From Vicinamibacteria bacterium (GTDB lineage Bacteria; Acidobacteriota; Vicinamibacteria; Marinacidobacterales; Marinacidobacteraceae): DNA of 64,000 nucleotides. Position 1 is the first letter of the stretch, and each line of letters begins with the position of its first letter. The stretch spans positions 2,624,151-2,688,150 of the forward strand of contig OY729431.1 in the NCBI GenBank assembly GCA_963422395.1. The letters are read 5' to 3'. The notes under the pieces were generated by a model, which saw only the letters and a list, made by a program, of their open reading frames with translations, ran no database searches and was not told where the DNA came from. A program made the translations under genes and the position numbers. Shown here in pieces: positions 26,514 to 35,447 of this stretch.

Positions 26514-28012
26514 CCGAAGGCCGCCGCTCGCTCGCCGAACGGCTGGCCCGCCGCCAGGCACGCTTCCTGCCGGCGGTGGACCGGCGGGAGGAAGCGGAAT
26601 CAGCACCGGCCCGCGAGGAACGATCGCTCCCGCCGCCCGGGGAAGAAGATCCCGGCGGAGGCGGGGGCAGCATCGGGATCGGAGAGGAGAGTTCTGCCGA
26701 CGAGACGAAAGCCGCCCGGCTGCGGCGGGCCCGCGCGCTGCTCCGGAATACGGAACGAGGCTGGAAGGACCGCCGTCCTGCCCAGCCCCTTCCGGCTGGG
26801 TCCCTTCCGGCTAGACACCCGACGACCCGAACATCAGAGTCCGCCCGGCACGCGGCATCCACCCGCCTTCCGCCTGCCGGCCGCCACCAAGAACCGTTTT
26901 CCCGTGAGGAACACGACTTCCCGCTCGCCGCCCGCTACGGCGGTGCCGCGGGCGGCGCCACCCTCGAGGGGCTCGCCGAAACCGGCGAACCGGCGACCGC
27001 CCGCCTCCAGATCCACCGGGAGCAGCCGGGGGTGGACTTCGCGCGAACCCTCTTCCTCGACACCGAGACCAGCGGGCTCGCCGGCGGCACCGGGACCTTC
27101 GCCTTCCTGGTGGGCGTCGGCCGGGTCGTGGGCGAGCAGTTCCGGATCACCCAGCTCCTGCTCCAAGATCCCGGCGGCGAACGCGCCATGCTGGAACAGC
27201 TCGCCGCCCTCGCTGCCGACGGACCGGACCTCGTCACCTACAACGGGAAGGGCTTCGACCTGCCGCTGCTCGATACCCGCTTCGCCTTGAACGGCCTTCC
27301 GAATCCGCTCGCCGGGGCGCGCCACCTCGACTTGCTCCACCCGGCACGGCGGCTCTTCTTCGGGCGCCACGAGAGCGCGCGGCTCGGCGTCCTCGAGCGC
27401 GAGCTGCTCGGCGTGGAACGCGAGGACGACATCCCCGGTGACCAGATCCCCGGCATCTTCTTCGCCTCGCTGCGGAACGGGCCGCATCCGGCCATGGAAT
27501 CGGTGCTGGCCCACAACCGCTACGACCTGCGCACCCTCGCCGCACTCGCGTTGCGGGCGGCCGAGCACACTGCGGCGGGTTGGAACAGCGACGATCCAGC
27601 CTATCTGCAGGGCGTCGGACACCACTTCTTCCGGCGCGGCGAGCCGGAGGCAGCGATTCCGCTGCTTTCGCAAGCCCTCGAAGCAGGGCTCACCGGCCCG
27701 AGCCGCGAGCGGTGCCTCCTCGACCTCGGCGAGCACCGCAAACGGAGCGGCGACTGGGAGGGCGCGCTGCGGCTCTGGGACCAGGTGCGGCCCGGCGACA
27801 CCCGGGAGAAGCTCGAAGCCCTCGTCTGGTTCGCCAAGTGGGAAGAGCACCGCCGAAAGGACCCTGCCGCTGCCCTCGCGCATGTCGAAGACGCGCTGGA
27901 GCTCCTTCCCCGCGTCGGGATGCAGTTCGGAACGGAGACTCGCTTTCGGCTCGAACTCGAAGAGCGCGCCCGTCGGCTGCGCGGAAAGCGGCGAAAGCTC
28001 AGCCGCCGCTGA
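26510..28012 (+). CDS. mrfB: RNase H-like 3'-5' exonuclease with C-terminal TPR-like domain (MrfB/YprB-like)
   Basis: GTG 26510 overlaps the helicase stop (GTGA). LFLDTETSGL (ExoI-type DxE motif), VTYNGKGFDLPLL, VLAHNRYDLRTLA. TPR-like tail. The 3' end overlaps convergent moaD by 14 nt. Confidence 0.75.
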   Translation: MTEGRRSLAERLARRQARFLPAVDRREEAESAPAREERSLPPPGEEDPGGGGGSIGIGEESSADETKAARLRRARALLRNTERGWKDRRPAQPLPAGSLPARHPTTRTSESARHAASTRLPPAGRHQEPFSREEHDFPLAARYGGAAGGATLEGLAETGEPATARLQIHREQPGVDFARTLFLDTETSGLAGGTGTFAFLVGVGRVVGEQFRITQLLLQDPGGERAMLEQLAALAADGPDLVTYNGKGFDLPLLDTRFALNGLPNPLAGARHLDLLHPARRLFFGRHESARLGVLERELLGVEREDDIPGDQIPGIFFASLRNGPHPAMESVLAHNRYDLRTLAALALRAAEHTAAGWNSDDPAYLQGVGHHFFRRGEPEAAIPLLSQALEAGLTGPSRERCLLDLGEHRKRSGDWEGALRLWDQVRPGDTREKLEALVWFAKWEEHRRKDPAAALAHVEDALELLPRVGMQFGTETRFRLELEERARRLRGKRRKLSRR

Positions 28013-28274
28013 CCGGAGGCAGGAACGCCAGCTCGTCGCCGGGGTCGAGCAGCGTGTCCCGGGGGACGAAGCGGTGGTTCACCGCTACGCTGATCGAGGC
28101 GGCGAACGGCTCGAGCTCAGGATGCTCGCCGATCAGCCGCTCCCAGACCGCGGCGGCGGTGAGTCCGGGGCGGTACCCGATTTCGATCCGCCCTCGGCCC
28201 GCCGCTTCACGGGCGGCGGCGAAGAGCAGCACGCTCACGAGCGGCGTCCCGCGGGATCGGGCGAGTTCGGTCAT
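27999..28274 (-). CDS. moaD: Molybdopterin synthase sulfur-carrier subunit MoaD
   Basis: 91 aa ubiquitin-like protein ending in ...[11 protein letters not shown]. The ATG overlaps the moaE stop (ATGA). Confidence 0.85.
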   Translation of the reverse strand: MTELARSRGTPLVSVLLFAAAREAAGRGRIEIGYRPGLTAAAVWERLIGEHPELEPFAASISVAVNHRFVPRDTLLDPGDELAFLPPVSGG

Positions 28275-28702
28275 CCGGTCACCGGCTCCTTCGGCCCTTC
28301 CACCCAGACCTCGCCATCCTCGAAGAACTCCCGTTTCCAGATCGGCACGATCCGCTTGATCTCGTTCATGGCGTGCTGTGCCGCCTCGAAGGCGCTGCGG
28401 CGGTGCGGCGCGGCGGCGGCCACCACAACGCTGGGCTCACCGATCCCGACCCTACCGACGCGGTGGTGGATGCGCAGCCGTTCCACCCCGAACCGCTCGC
28501 GCACCTCCGCAGCGATCCCCCGGAGCACCGGAAGAGCCATCGCCTCGTAAGCCTCGTACTCGAGGTGGAGCACCTGTCGGCCCCGGTTCCGGCCGCGCGC
28601 GACGCCCGAGAACACCACCACCGCGCCGTCCTCGAAGGTCGCCAGACCGCTCCCGACAGCACGCTCGTCGAGCGGCTCGCCGGTGATGCGGAACCGCTCC
28701 AT
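28271..28702 (-). CDS. moaE: Molybdopterin synthase catalytic subunit MoaE
   Basis: ATG 28702. [12 protein letters not shown]...[10 protein letters not shown]...[46 protein letters not shown]. Confidence 0.88.
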   Translation of the reverse strand: MERFRITGEPLDERAVGSGLATFEDGAVVVFSGVARGRNRGRQVLHLEYEAYEAMALPVLRGIAAEVRERFGVERLRIHHRVGRVGIGEPSVVVAAAAPHRRSAFEAAQHAMNEIKRIVPIWKREFFEDGEVWVEGPKEPVTG

Positions 28703-29577
28703 CAGGCAGGCAACGGCAAGCGGGCGAGAGGAAGATGGGCCATCGGCCCGCGGCCCCGTCCGAGCGGTTCCGCGCGGAGCATCACTTCGCGCAGATATTC
28801 CCGGGCGCGCTCCACTGCTTCTCGAAGCGGCCGGCCGCGGGCGAGGTTCGCCGCCACCGCCGCGGACAGTGTGCACCCGGTTCCGTGGGTGGCCCGCGTC
28901 TCGATCCGGGAGCTGCGGAAGACCTGGCTCCCCTCCTGGTCGAGGAACAGATCCACGATCTCGCCTCCCGCGAGGTGTCCGCCCTTCATCAACACTGCGG
29001 CCGCCCCCATACCGAGGAGGGTTTCGCCGGCGGCGCGCATCCCGGCCTCGTCTTCCACCGTCGCCCCGGTGAGATCGGCGGCCTCGGGGAGATTCGGAGT
29101 CAGCAGGGCCGCCCGCGGCAGGAGGTGTTCCCGGACCGCCCGCACCGCATCGCCGGCGAGGAGCCGGTCGCCGGTCTTGGCGACCATCACCGGATCCACC
29201 ACGATCGGCGGTGAGTTTTCTCCGAGCGCCTCGGAGACCGCTTCGATGATCGCCGCCGAGGCGAGCATCCCGGTCTTGACGGCGGCCACCGGGAAGTCGC
29301 TCATCACCGCGTGGATCTGGGCCGAGACCAGCTCCGGCGTGATTTCCTGGATCCCGGTCACCGCGACGGTGTTCTGCGCCGTGACCGCGGTGACCGCCGA
29401 GACTCCATGGACCTCGTGGGCGGCGAAGGTCTTGAGGTCCGCCTGGATGCCGGCCCCGCCGCCCGAATCCGACCCGGCGATCGTGAGCACGGCCGGCGTG
29501 TAACCGGCCGGCGGGGGACCGATCGGGGCGGCCACCGGGCTCGGCCCGCCCGGAGGCCGCCCCGAAGCGCGGTTCAC
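28702..29577 (-). CDS. thiD: Hydroxymethylpyrimidine/phosphomethylpyrimidine kinase ThiD
   Basis: [21 protein letters not shown]..., [29 protein letters not shown] 29577 overlaps the stop of the upstream gene (GTGA). A later GTG near 29535 is also possible. Confidence 0.88.
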   Translation of the reverse strand: MNRASGRPPGGPSPVAAPIGPPPAGYTPAVLTIAGSDSGGGAGIQADLKTFAAHEVHGVSAVTAVTAQNTVAVTGIQEITPELVSAQIHAVMSDFPVAAVKTGMLASAAIIEAVSEALGENSPPIVVDPVMVAKTGDRLLAGDAVRAVREHLLPRAALLTPNLPEAADLTGATVEDEAGMRAAGETLLGMGAAAVLMKGGHLAGGEIVDLFLDQEGSQVFRSSRIETRATHGTGCTLSAAVAANLARGRPLREAVERAREYLREVMLRAEPLGRGRGPMAHLPLARLPLPA

Positions 29578-30905
29578 GAGGAAGCGGAGCGGAACGAGAG
29601 CACCGCCACCGCATCCTCCCCCCACACGGCCGCCGCCGGCTGCCGATCGAGATGTTGCCCGTGCTCGTCCGCGATTTCGCGGTAGAGCACCAGGTGGAGC
29701 TCGCGGCCCGGGTCCAGCGCGGCGTGGGGGAGGACGACGAGGGTTCGGCTGCCGTCGTCGTAGGTCACTTCGAGGTCGGGGAACGGATTGGCATGGGGGG
29801 CGTCGGGATAGAGCAGATCCACCGCGGCGTGGAAGCTCCCCGCTGCCATCCGGTTCGAGAACTGCACCCGGAAACTGCTGTCGAGCGGGATCTCGCGCTC
29901 GCCGTCGAGCGGCAGCGAGAAAACGATCCGCAGGGGGCCGTATTCCTTCTCCCGCGCCTCCCGCTCGGCGACGCGGATGTCCACCGGTTCGAGGGAGTCG
30001 TCGTCCGGAGCCTCGGCGAGTTCGATGCGCTCGGCGCGGAGGTACACCATCGCCTCCCGCCTCCACGGCCTGCCGTACACCCGGAGCCACTTCCCGGTGT
30101 CGCGGCGGCGCTTCGGGTCGAGCCGGAATCCCTCCCCCGCCGGACGCATCCCGGTGACCCAGATCGCATCCTCGGCGGTCTTGATCACGAAGTCGCGGGG
30201 GGTGCGCTTGTCTCGGATCGAGAGATCACCGAACAGATTGTTGCCGCGGAACTTGCCGACGACCTCCACCCGGCGGCTCAGCCAGCGGTCCGGTGCGGCG
30301 GTCAACTCGGCGAGGCCGACGGGAACCGCGCTGCCGGGTTCGATGTCCATCGCGGACCCGGCCTCCATGGCGGCCTTCGTCTCGCGTTCGCGCTCCGAGG
30401 CCAGGTCCTCGCTGGCTCCGATGGGGGTGACCGCCACGACGGCGAGGAAACCCTGGGTGCGCGGATCCAGCGAGTCGCGGAACCAGGAGGGGTCCACCGG
30501 GTAATCCCGCAGGATGGGGTGCATCCGCAAGGTGTAGGCATCGAGCATCCGGGTCGAGAAGAACCAGCCCTCGACCTCCAGCTCACCCCCGCCGAGGAAC
30601 GAAAGGCGGTTCGAACTGATGAAGGCCTCGGCCATCAGGATCTCCCGGCCGGGTTCTTCGGGATCTTCCAACACCTGAACCCGGTGATCGCTTCCGAAGG
30701 AGAAGCCGAGCTGCCCCCGGACCAGCACCGCGGTCTCGTGATACCTCCCCGGCAGCCGGGCGAGATCGGCCACCGACACCGCTTCGGGCTGGTCGGGGAA
30801 ATAGCGGGACTGGCCGGCGGCGGGAAGTGCCACCGGACTCGCCAAAGCGGCCGCAGCGAGGCAGAACGCCGCCGTCTGCGCGGTCGGGAATCGGCTTGAG
30901 GACAC
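29574..30905 (-). CDS. Secreted hypothetical protein (two related N-terminal segments + Ig-like C-terminal domain)
   Basis: Signal peptide MSSSRFPTAQTAAFCLAAAALASPVALPAAG. Segments VSVADLARLPGRYHETAVLVRGQL and VGLAELTAAPDRWLSRRVEVVGKF look like an internal duplication. The C-terminus (SSFRVQFSNRMAAGSF...) resembles SbsA/Big-type Ig domains. Confidence 0.6.
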   Translation of the reverse strand: MSSSRFPTAQTAAFCLAAAALASPVALPAAGQSRYFPDQPEAVSVADLARLPGRYHETAVLVRGQLGFSFGSDHRVQVLEDPEEPGREILMAEAFISSNRLSFLGGGELEVEGWFFSTRMLDAYTLRMHPILRDYPVDPSWFRDSLDPRTQGFLAVVAVTPIGASEDLASERERETKAAMEAGSAMDIEPGSAVPVGLAELTAAPDRWLSRRVEVVGKFRGNNLFGDLSIRDKRTPRDFVIKTAEDAIWVTGMRPAGEGFRLDPKRRRDTGKWLRVYGRPWRREAMVYLRAERIELAEAPDDDSLEPVDIRVAEREAREKEYGPLRIVFSLPLDGEREIPLDSSFRVQFSNRMAAGSFHAAVDLLYPDAPHANPFPDLEVTYDDGSRTLVVLPHAALDPGRELHLVLYREIADEHGQHLDRQPAAAVWGEDAVAVLSFRSASS

Positions 30906-31010
30906 GAAAACGGGGCCGATTCCGCATCCTACCAGCCCGGGGACGAAGTCACCCGGCCAAAGGCCGGCGATGCCCAGTTCTCCCGGTGGGGGCCCCGGCG
31001 GACCGCCCCG

Positions 31011-31343
31011 CTACGGAAGGCGCGCATACTCTATCCACAGTAGTTTTTCGCCGGCGTCTTGGCCGGTGCGGATGAAAGAGACCGGATAGTCGGGAAGCGT
31101 GCGCTCCGCGGCGCATCTCCCGTCCACCAGGAATCCTTGTTCGTAGAAGTCGAAATCCAGATTCACGAAGCCGTATTGCCGGCGATGCTCGGGGAGGCCG
31201 GCCGGATCTTTCGGGAAGATGTGCAAGAAGAACGGGGCGGCCACATCGGCAGCTACGCAATCACCGAGGTAGAGGAGCCGCCGCCCGCTGCCGTCGAGAT
31301 GCACTTCGAGCAGCGAAAAGAAAAGCGATACCGCCGAAAACAT
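31011..31343 (-). CDS. Hypothetical protein (110 aa) in a lower-GC patch
   Basis: ATG-started ORF with plausible codon usage. No recognisable motif. Confidence 0.45.
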   Translation of the reverse strand: MFSAVSLFFSLLEVHLDGSGRRLLYLGDCVAADVAAPFFLHIFPKDPAGLPEHRRQYGFVNLDFDFYEQGFLVDGRCAAERTLPDYPVSFIRTGQDAGEKLLWIEYARLP

Positions 31344-31347
31344 AGAG

Positions 31348-31572
31348 CTAGCGGCGAGAGGGTCGTCGTGCCCAGCCGGCCGTGGCGAACAGCGGCAAAC
31401 TGCTCGCGAAGAGCAGAGCAGCGGTGAGATTCTCCGTCAAACCGTCTTCCCGGCTCAGCATGTCGTGACCCCACGGGTCGACGACATTCAGGTAGCTGAA
31501 GAAAAGCAGGTTGAGGCAGAGAAAACGAGTAAACCGAAACCGGCGAGTTTGCCGTCGCCGCCGAGAACGCAT
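31348..31572 (-). CDS. Hypothetical small membrane protein (74 aa, Arg-rich N-terminus, two hydrophobic helices)
   Basis: MRSRRRRQTRRFRFTRFLCLNLLFFSYLNVV...LTAALLFASSLPLFATAGWA. The stop is 4 nt before the next ORF, in a different frame. Confidence 0.35.
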   Translation of the reverse strand: MRSRRRRQTRRFRFTRFLCLNLLFFSYLNVVDPWGHDMLSREDGLTENLTAALLFASSLPLFATAGWARRPSRR

Positions 31573-31744
31573 GTTTCGGGGGGGATCAGGCGCAAGGGCG
31601 CATCAGGCCGGAGGCAGTTGGGCGAACCAGAATTCGAATCGAAGATTCGATCGGGAAGTTCCGGCGTGACACTCGGTTTTCAAGGGACGACGAGGAGGAT
31701 GGCGGGGCGTCCGACAGGCCGCATTCCGAATTCGGACCGCACGA

Positions 31745-33154
31745 TCAGGGGTCGATGAGCAGCAGCTCCTGCTGCGGAGGAAGGAGCCAGGCGACGCCCT
31801 CTTCGGTGATCTGTGCAGTCTCCTCGAATCGGGCATACCAGGTCTTGCCGTCCCATTCCGGGATCGGCGTGCTGACATGGAACTCGATGGAGACCCATTC
31901 GTTCACCTGGAGCGGAAACCGGACCCGGTCGCCGTAGGCGAAGGGTATGTCCGCGGCGATGCGCGCTCCGATGTCATGGCTCACATTGCCGACCGAATGG
32001 CCATAGACCCCGACTTCCGGCTCGGTGGTAGTGACCGCGTCGCCGCCGGCGTCGGGGCCGACCGCCCGGTATCCCATCGCCTCGGTAGCGGCGCCGATCG
32101 CCGCCCAGGTCTCGAAACCGATGGCGCCGGGCAGCATCAGGCCGGCATAGAGACCGCCGATCTCGTGCGTGGTCCGCCACGCTTCGCGCAGGCTCTCCGG
32201 CAGGGCGGTTTCACCGGGGCGCAGGATGTAGGCGGCGCGCTTGATATCGACGGCGTAGTGGAGGTAGCGGAGCCCGCCGTCGATGCTGAGGAGGTCGCCC
32301 GGCTCGAGCGGCAGATCCGGGTCGTGGACGGGCAGCAGCGCACCCTCGCGGACCACCCGCACCGTACCCGAACCGCTGAGCCCCAGCTCGATCGCCCGGT
32401 CTTCGAGCCACCAGGCGACATCCTCGGCGGTGGTGACGCCCGGCGCGATGGTCTCGCTGCTGAGTGCCTCGGTCATCCAGCGCGCGGTCCATTCGAGAAG
32501 CCGGGTATAGAGCGCGGTCTCCCGCGGAGTGCGGTGGAGCCGGAAATCGCGCACCACCAGCTCGGCGGGGACGATCCGGTCGGCGTATTCCGGCCCGATG
32601 GCGTCCACGAGGAAGTCCCGCAGCCCTACCGTCAGACCGTCCGCTTCGGGCAGGGTATGGGAGGTGTTCACGCCGATCCTCGCCGGGTCGCGATCATGGA
32701 CCGCCTTCCGCAGGTGCGGAGTCAGCCCTTCGCGGCTGTATCCGTAGTAGATCGTTTCGTCATAGATTTGGCCAATCACCGAGTTGGCCGGCTGTTCGTG
32801 CGAGCCGTAGTAGAGCTTTTCCACGGTCTCGCTCCCGTCGTCGAAGAACAGGAAAGCCGCACGCACTCCGGAGAAACCGCCGCCGAGCTCGACATGGAGG
32901 GGATCCGGGTTGTTCTCCCGGTCGAGAACGACCCACAGGTCCACCCCGTGGTTCCGCATCGCCGGGAGCAGTGCGGTCTGCAGCTTCTCCGCGATGGCTT
33001 CACGCTGGATCTCGAACCGTTCGCGGGAATCCGGAATGCCGTAACCGTCGGGAATCGTCGGTTCCGAGGTTCGGGGGCTGCCCGGGGCGCAGCCGTAACC
33101 GGCCGCGAGTCCGCCGAGGAGCAGCGCCGCGGCTTTCGTCTTGCTGATCATCAT
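31745..33154 (-). CDS. M24-family metallopeptidase (Xaa-Pro aminopeptidase-like) lipoprotein
   Basis: ATG 33154 after GGAGGAGG. MMISKTKAAALLLGGLAAGYGC lipobox. Pita-bread fold motifs (SIDGGLRYLHYAVDIKR, GHSVGNVSHDIG, IEFHV). The upstream part of listed ORF 31745..33811 is rejected. Confidence 0.8.
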   Translation of the reverse strand: MMISKTKAAALLLGGLAAGYGCAPGSPRTSEPTIPDGYGIPDSRERFEIQREAIAEKLQTALLPAMRNHGVDLWVVLDRENNPDPLHVELGGGFSGVRAAFLFFDDGSETVEKLYYGSHEQPANSVIGQIYDETIYYGYSREGLTPHLRKAVHDRDPARIGVNTSHTLPEADGLTVGLRDFLVDAIGPEYADRIVPAELVVRDFRLHRTPRETALYTRLLEWTARWMTEALSSETIAPGVTTAEDVAWWLEDRAIELGLSGSGTVRVVREGALLPVHDPDLPLEPGDLLSIDGGLRYLHYAVDIKRAAYILRPGETALPESLREAWRTTHEIGGLYAGLMLPGAIGFETWAAIGAATEAMGYRAVGPDAGGDAVTTTEPEVGVYGHSVGNVSHDIGARIAADIPFAYGDRVRFPLQVNEWVSIEFHVSTPIPEWDGKTWYARFEETAQITEEGVAWLLPPQQELLLIDP

Positions 33155-33383
33155 GGGATTTCCTCCTCCGTCCTTCCCCCTGCCGCCGCTCGTTTGCGTC
33201 ATCGCTGCGAATCGCCGTTCCTTCGGCCGTTGCCTGGATGACGCACTCCGGTAGAAGCACGCTCTCGCGAAACTGTTTCCGGTCGGCGCGCGGGCTCGCG
33301 GAGGGAACACCGACGAAAACGGCGCGACGGTGGAGAATACCCGCCCCGCCGCTCCCGATCCTCCATTCCCCCCGAGATCCTGG

Positions 33384-33878
33384 ATGCCCGATCCGACCCG
33401 TCCCCGCCGGCCGCCCCGCCTGCGGCACTCCCCGCCGTCGCCCGCGACCGAAGCGGACCGCGCCGCGTTCGCCCGCGCTCTCGCCGAACTTTCCCCGGAT
33501 GCCGTGGCAGCCAGCCGCCGCCCGTCCTCCGCGTCACCGCCTCCCTCGCCGTCGGCACTCCTCCGGGACCTGCAGCACGGCCGGCGCCGGGTGCCGGAGT
33601 CGGGCGAACTCTCGGTGCGCCACCGCACCCAGAAAGAGGCACGCGCCGCGCTCTTGCGGTTCCTGCGGACACAGCGGGCTGCCGGCGCGCGTTTCGCGCG
33701 GGTGGTCCACGGCCAGGGATACGGCTCACCCGGCGGCCGCTCCGTGCTGGCGCACCGCGTCCCCCAGTGGCTCGCGGAATGGAGAGCGGAACTCGTGGAC
33801 GCCTGGGGCACGGCGCGACGAGAGGACGGCGGCCGGGGCGCACTCTATGTGGTACTGCGTGAGCCCGGCGCTCGATAA
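33384..33878 (+). CDS. Smr-domain protein
   Basis: C-terminal LSVRHRTQKEARAALLRFLRTQRAAGARFARVVHGQGYGSPGG...LREP is Smr-like. ATG 33384; the listed ORF starts at GTG 33330. Confidence 0.7.
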   Translation: MPDPTRPRRPPRLRHSPPSPATEADRAAFARALAELSPDAVAASRRPSSASPPPSPSALLRDLQHGRRRVPESGELSVRHRTQKEARAALLRFLRTQRAAGARFARVVHGQGYGSPGGRSVLAHRVPQWLAEWRAELVDAWGTARREDGGRGALYVVLREPGAR

Positions 33879-33970
33879 CGCCCCGAGACGGACCCGCTTC
33901 ACGCCCCGGCGGATCCCGCCCCCGACCGTGAGCTCCGGGAGACCGCACCCGCACCCTACAATCTCGCCCG

Positions 33971-35374
33971 ATGAGCGATACCCGAGAATTCCTCGACCGT
34001 TTCTGGGAGCAGGAGATCCTCCCCGGCCTGACCGAATACATCGCCGTTCCGAGTGTCTCGGTGATGTTCGACGCCGATTGGGAAAAGCACGGCCACCTGG
34101 AGGACGCGCTGCAACTGGGGAAGGCTTTCATCGAGCGGCACGCTCCCGCGGATGCGACGCTCCATGTCGGACGCCTGCCAGGGCGTACCCCGCTCCTCCT
34201 CCTCGACTGTCCGGGAGAGGTCGAGGGAACGATCCTGATGTACGGCCACCTCGACAAACAGCCGGAGATGGTGGGCTGGCGCGACGGGCTCGGCCCCTTT
34301 GACCCGGTCCGGGAGGGCGAGCGGCTCTACGGGCGCGGCGGTGCTGACGATGGCTACGCGCTCTATTGCGCCATCGCCGCGCTGCTCGCCGTCGCCCGCG
34401 AGGGGAGACAGCGCGCCCGGGTGGTGCTGCTCGTCGAGTTCTCCGAGGAGAGCGGCTCGCCCGACCTCCCCGCCTATCTCTCGGAATACGCCGAGGTGAT
34501 CGGCAGCCCCGACCTGGTGATCTGCCTCGACTCCGGCGCCGGAAACTACGACCAGCTGTGGTCCACCACCTCGCTTCGGGGCATGGTCGCCGGCACGCTC
34601 CGCGCCGAGGTGCTCACCGAAGGGGTCCACTCCGGAGATGCCGGCGGGGTGGTGCCGCCTCCGTTCCTCGTGCTGCGGAAGCTGCTCGACCGGATCGAAG
34701 AACCCGAAACCGATCGGATCGTCCCTCAGGCGCTCCACGCCGAGATTCCGCCGGAGCGGGCCGCCGAAGCGCGGGCCGCCGCCGAAGCGCTCGGGCCCGG
34801 CATGTTCGACCGCTTTCCCTGGGCCGGAAACACCGGGCCGGGCGAGTCCGACCCCGCCGAACGGATCCTGAACCGGACCTGGCGGCCGACGCTTGCGGTC
34901 ACCGGACAGGACGGGTTGCCCCCGCTGGAAAAGGCCGGGAATGTGCTTCTGCCGCAGGTCACCCTGAACCTCTCGATCCGGCTCCCACCGACGGTGGATC
35001 CCCAGGCGGCACAGCGGGCGCTCCGGAAAGCGGTGGAATCCGACCCGCCCTTCGGAGCGAAGATCACCCTCGACTTCCACGCTCCGGCGCCCGGGTGGAA
35101 CGCTCCGCCGCTCGCTCCCTGGCTCGAGGAGACCCTCGAAGCGGCCTCGCAGGGCGCCTTCGCCAAGCCTGCGATGTACATGGGCGAAGGCGGCTCGATC
35201 CCGTTCATGGGAATGCTCGGTGAGCGCTTTCCCGCGGCACAGTTCGTCATCACCGGCGTCCTCGGCCCGGGCTCGAACGCCCACGGACCGAACGAGTTCC
35301 TCGATATCACCTATGCCAAGCGCCTCACCGAGGCGGTGGCGACGGTGATCGCCCGCCACGCGCGCCACGGCTGA
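33971..35374 (+). CDS. M20-family metallopeptidase (dipeptidase/ArgE-DapE-CPG2 type)
   Basis: 467 aa. MYGHLDKQPEM, GRGGADDGYA, EESGSPDL, GEGGSIPFM are motifs of M20 dimetal peptidases. Confidence 0.85.
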   Translation: MSDTREFLDRFWEQEILPGLTEYIAVPSVSVMFDADWEKHGHLEDALQLGKAFIERHAPADATLHVGRLPGRTPLLLLDCPGEVEGTILMYGHLDKQPEMVGWRDGLGPFDPVREGERLYGRGGADDGYALYCAIAALLAVAREGRQRARVVLLVEFSEESGSPDLPAYLSEYAEVIGSPDLVICLDSGAGNYDQLWSTTSLRGMVAGTLRAEVLTEGVHSGDAGGVVPPPFLVLRKLLDRIEEPETDRIVPQALHAEIPPERAAEARAAAEALGPGMFDRFPWAGNTGPGESDPAERILNRTWRPTLAVTGQDGLPPLEKAGNVLLPQVTLNLSIRLPPTVDPQAAQRALRKAVESDPPFGAKITLDFHAPAPGWNAPPLAPWLEETLEAASQGAFAKPAMYMGEGGSIPFMGMLGERFPAAQFVITGVLGPGSNAHGPNEFLDITYAKRLTEAVATVIARHARHG

Positions 35375-35447
35375 CGGGCCGCGCTGCCCCGGCGCCGCCG
35401 CCAATTCGATGCCGCGGCCCCTGCCCGCCGCTTCGCGGCGATCCCGC

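Noticed and set aside
30906-31010. TPP or Moco riboswitch upstream of the hypothetical-thiD-moaE-moaD operon
   Set aside because: No CUGAGA / ACCUGAUCUGGAUAAUGCCAGCG-type TPP core and no Moco motif signature is visible by eye. A covariance-model search is still needed to be sure.
31590-31700. tRNA-like fragment (CTTGAAAACC shared with the tRNA-Ser(UGA) anticodon arm, plus TTCGAATC-like strings) as a possible att site
   Set aside because: Only about 10 nt are shared with the tRNA. No cloverleaf can be folded. The TCGAATC strings form a simple local hairpin. No integrase is present in the window.
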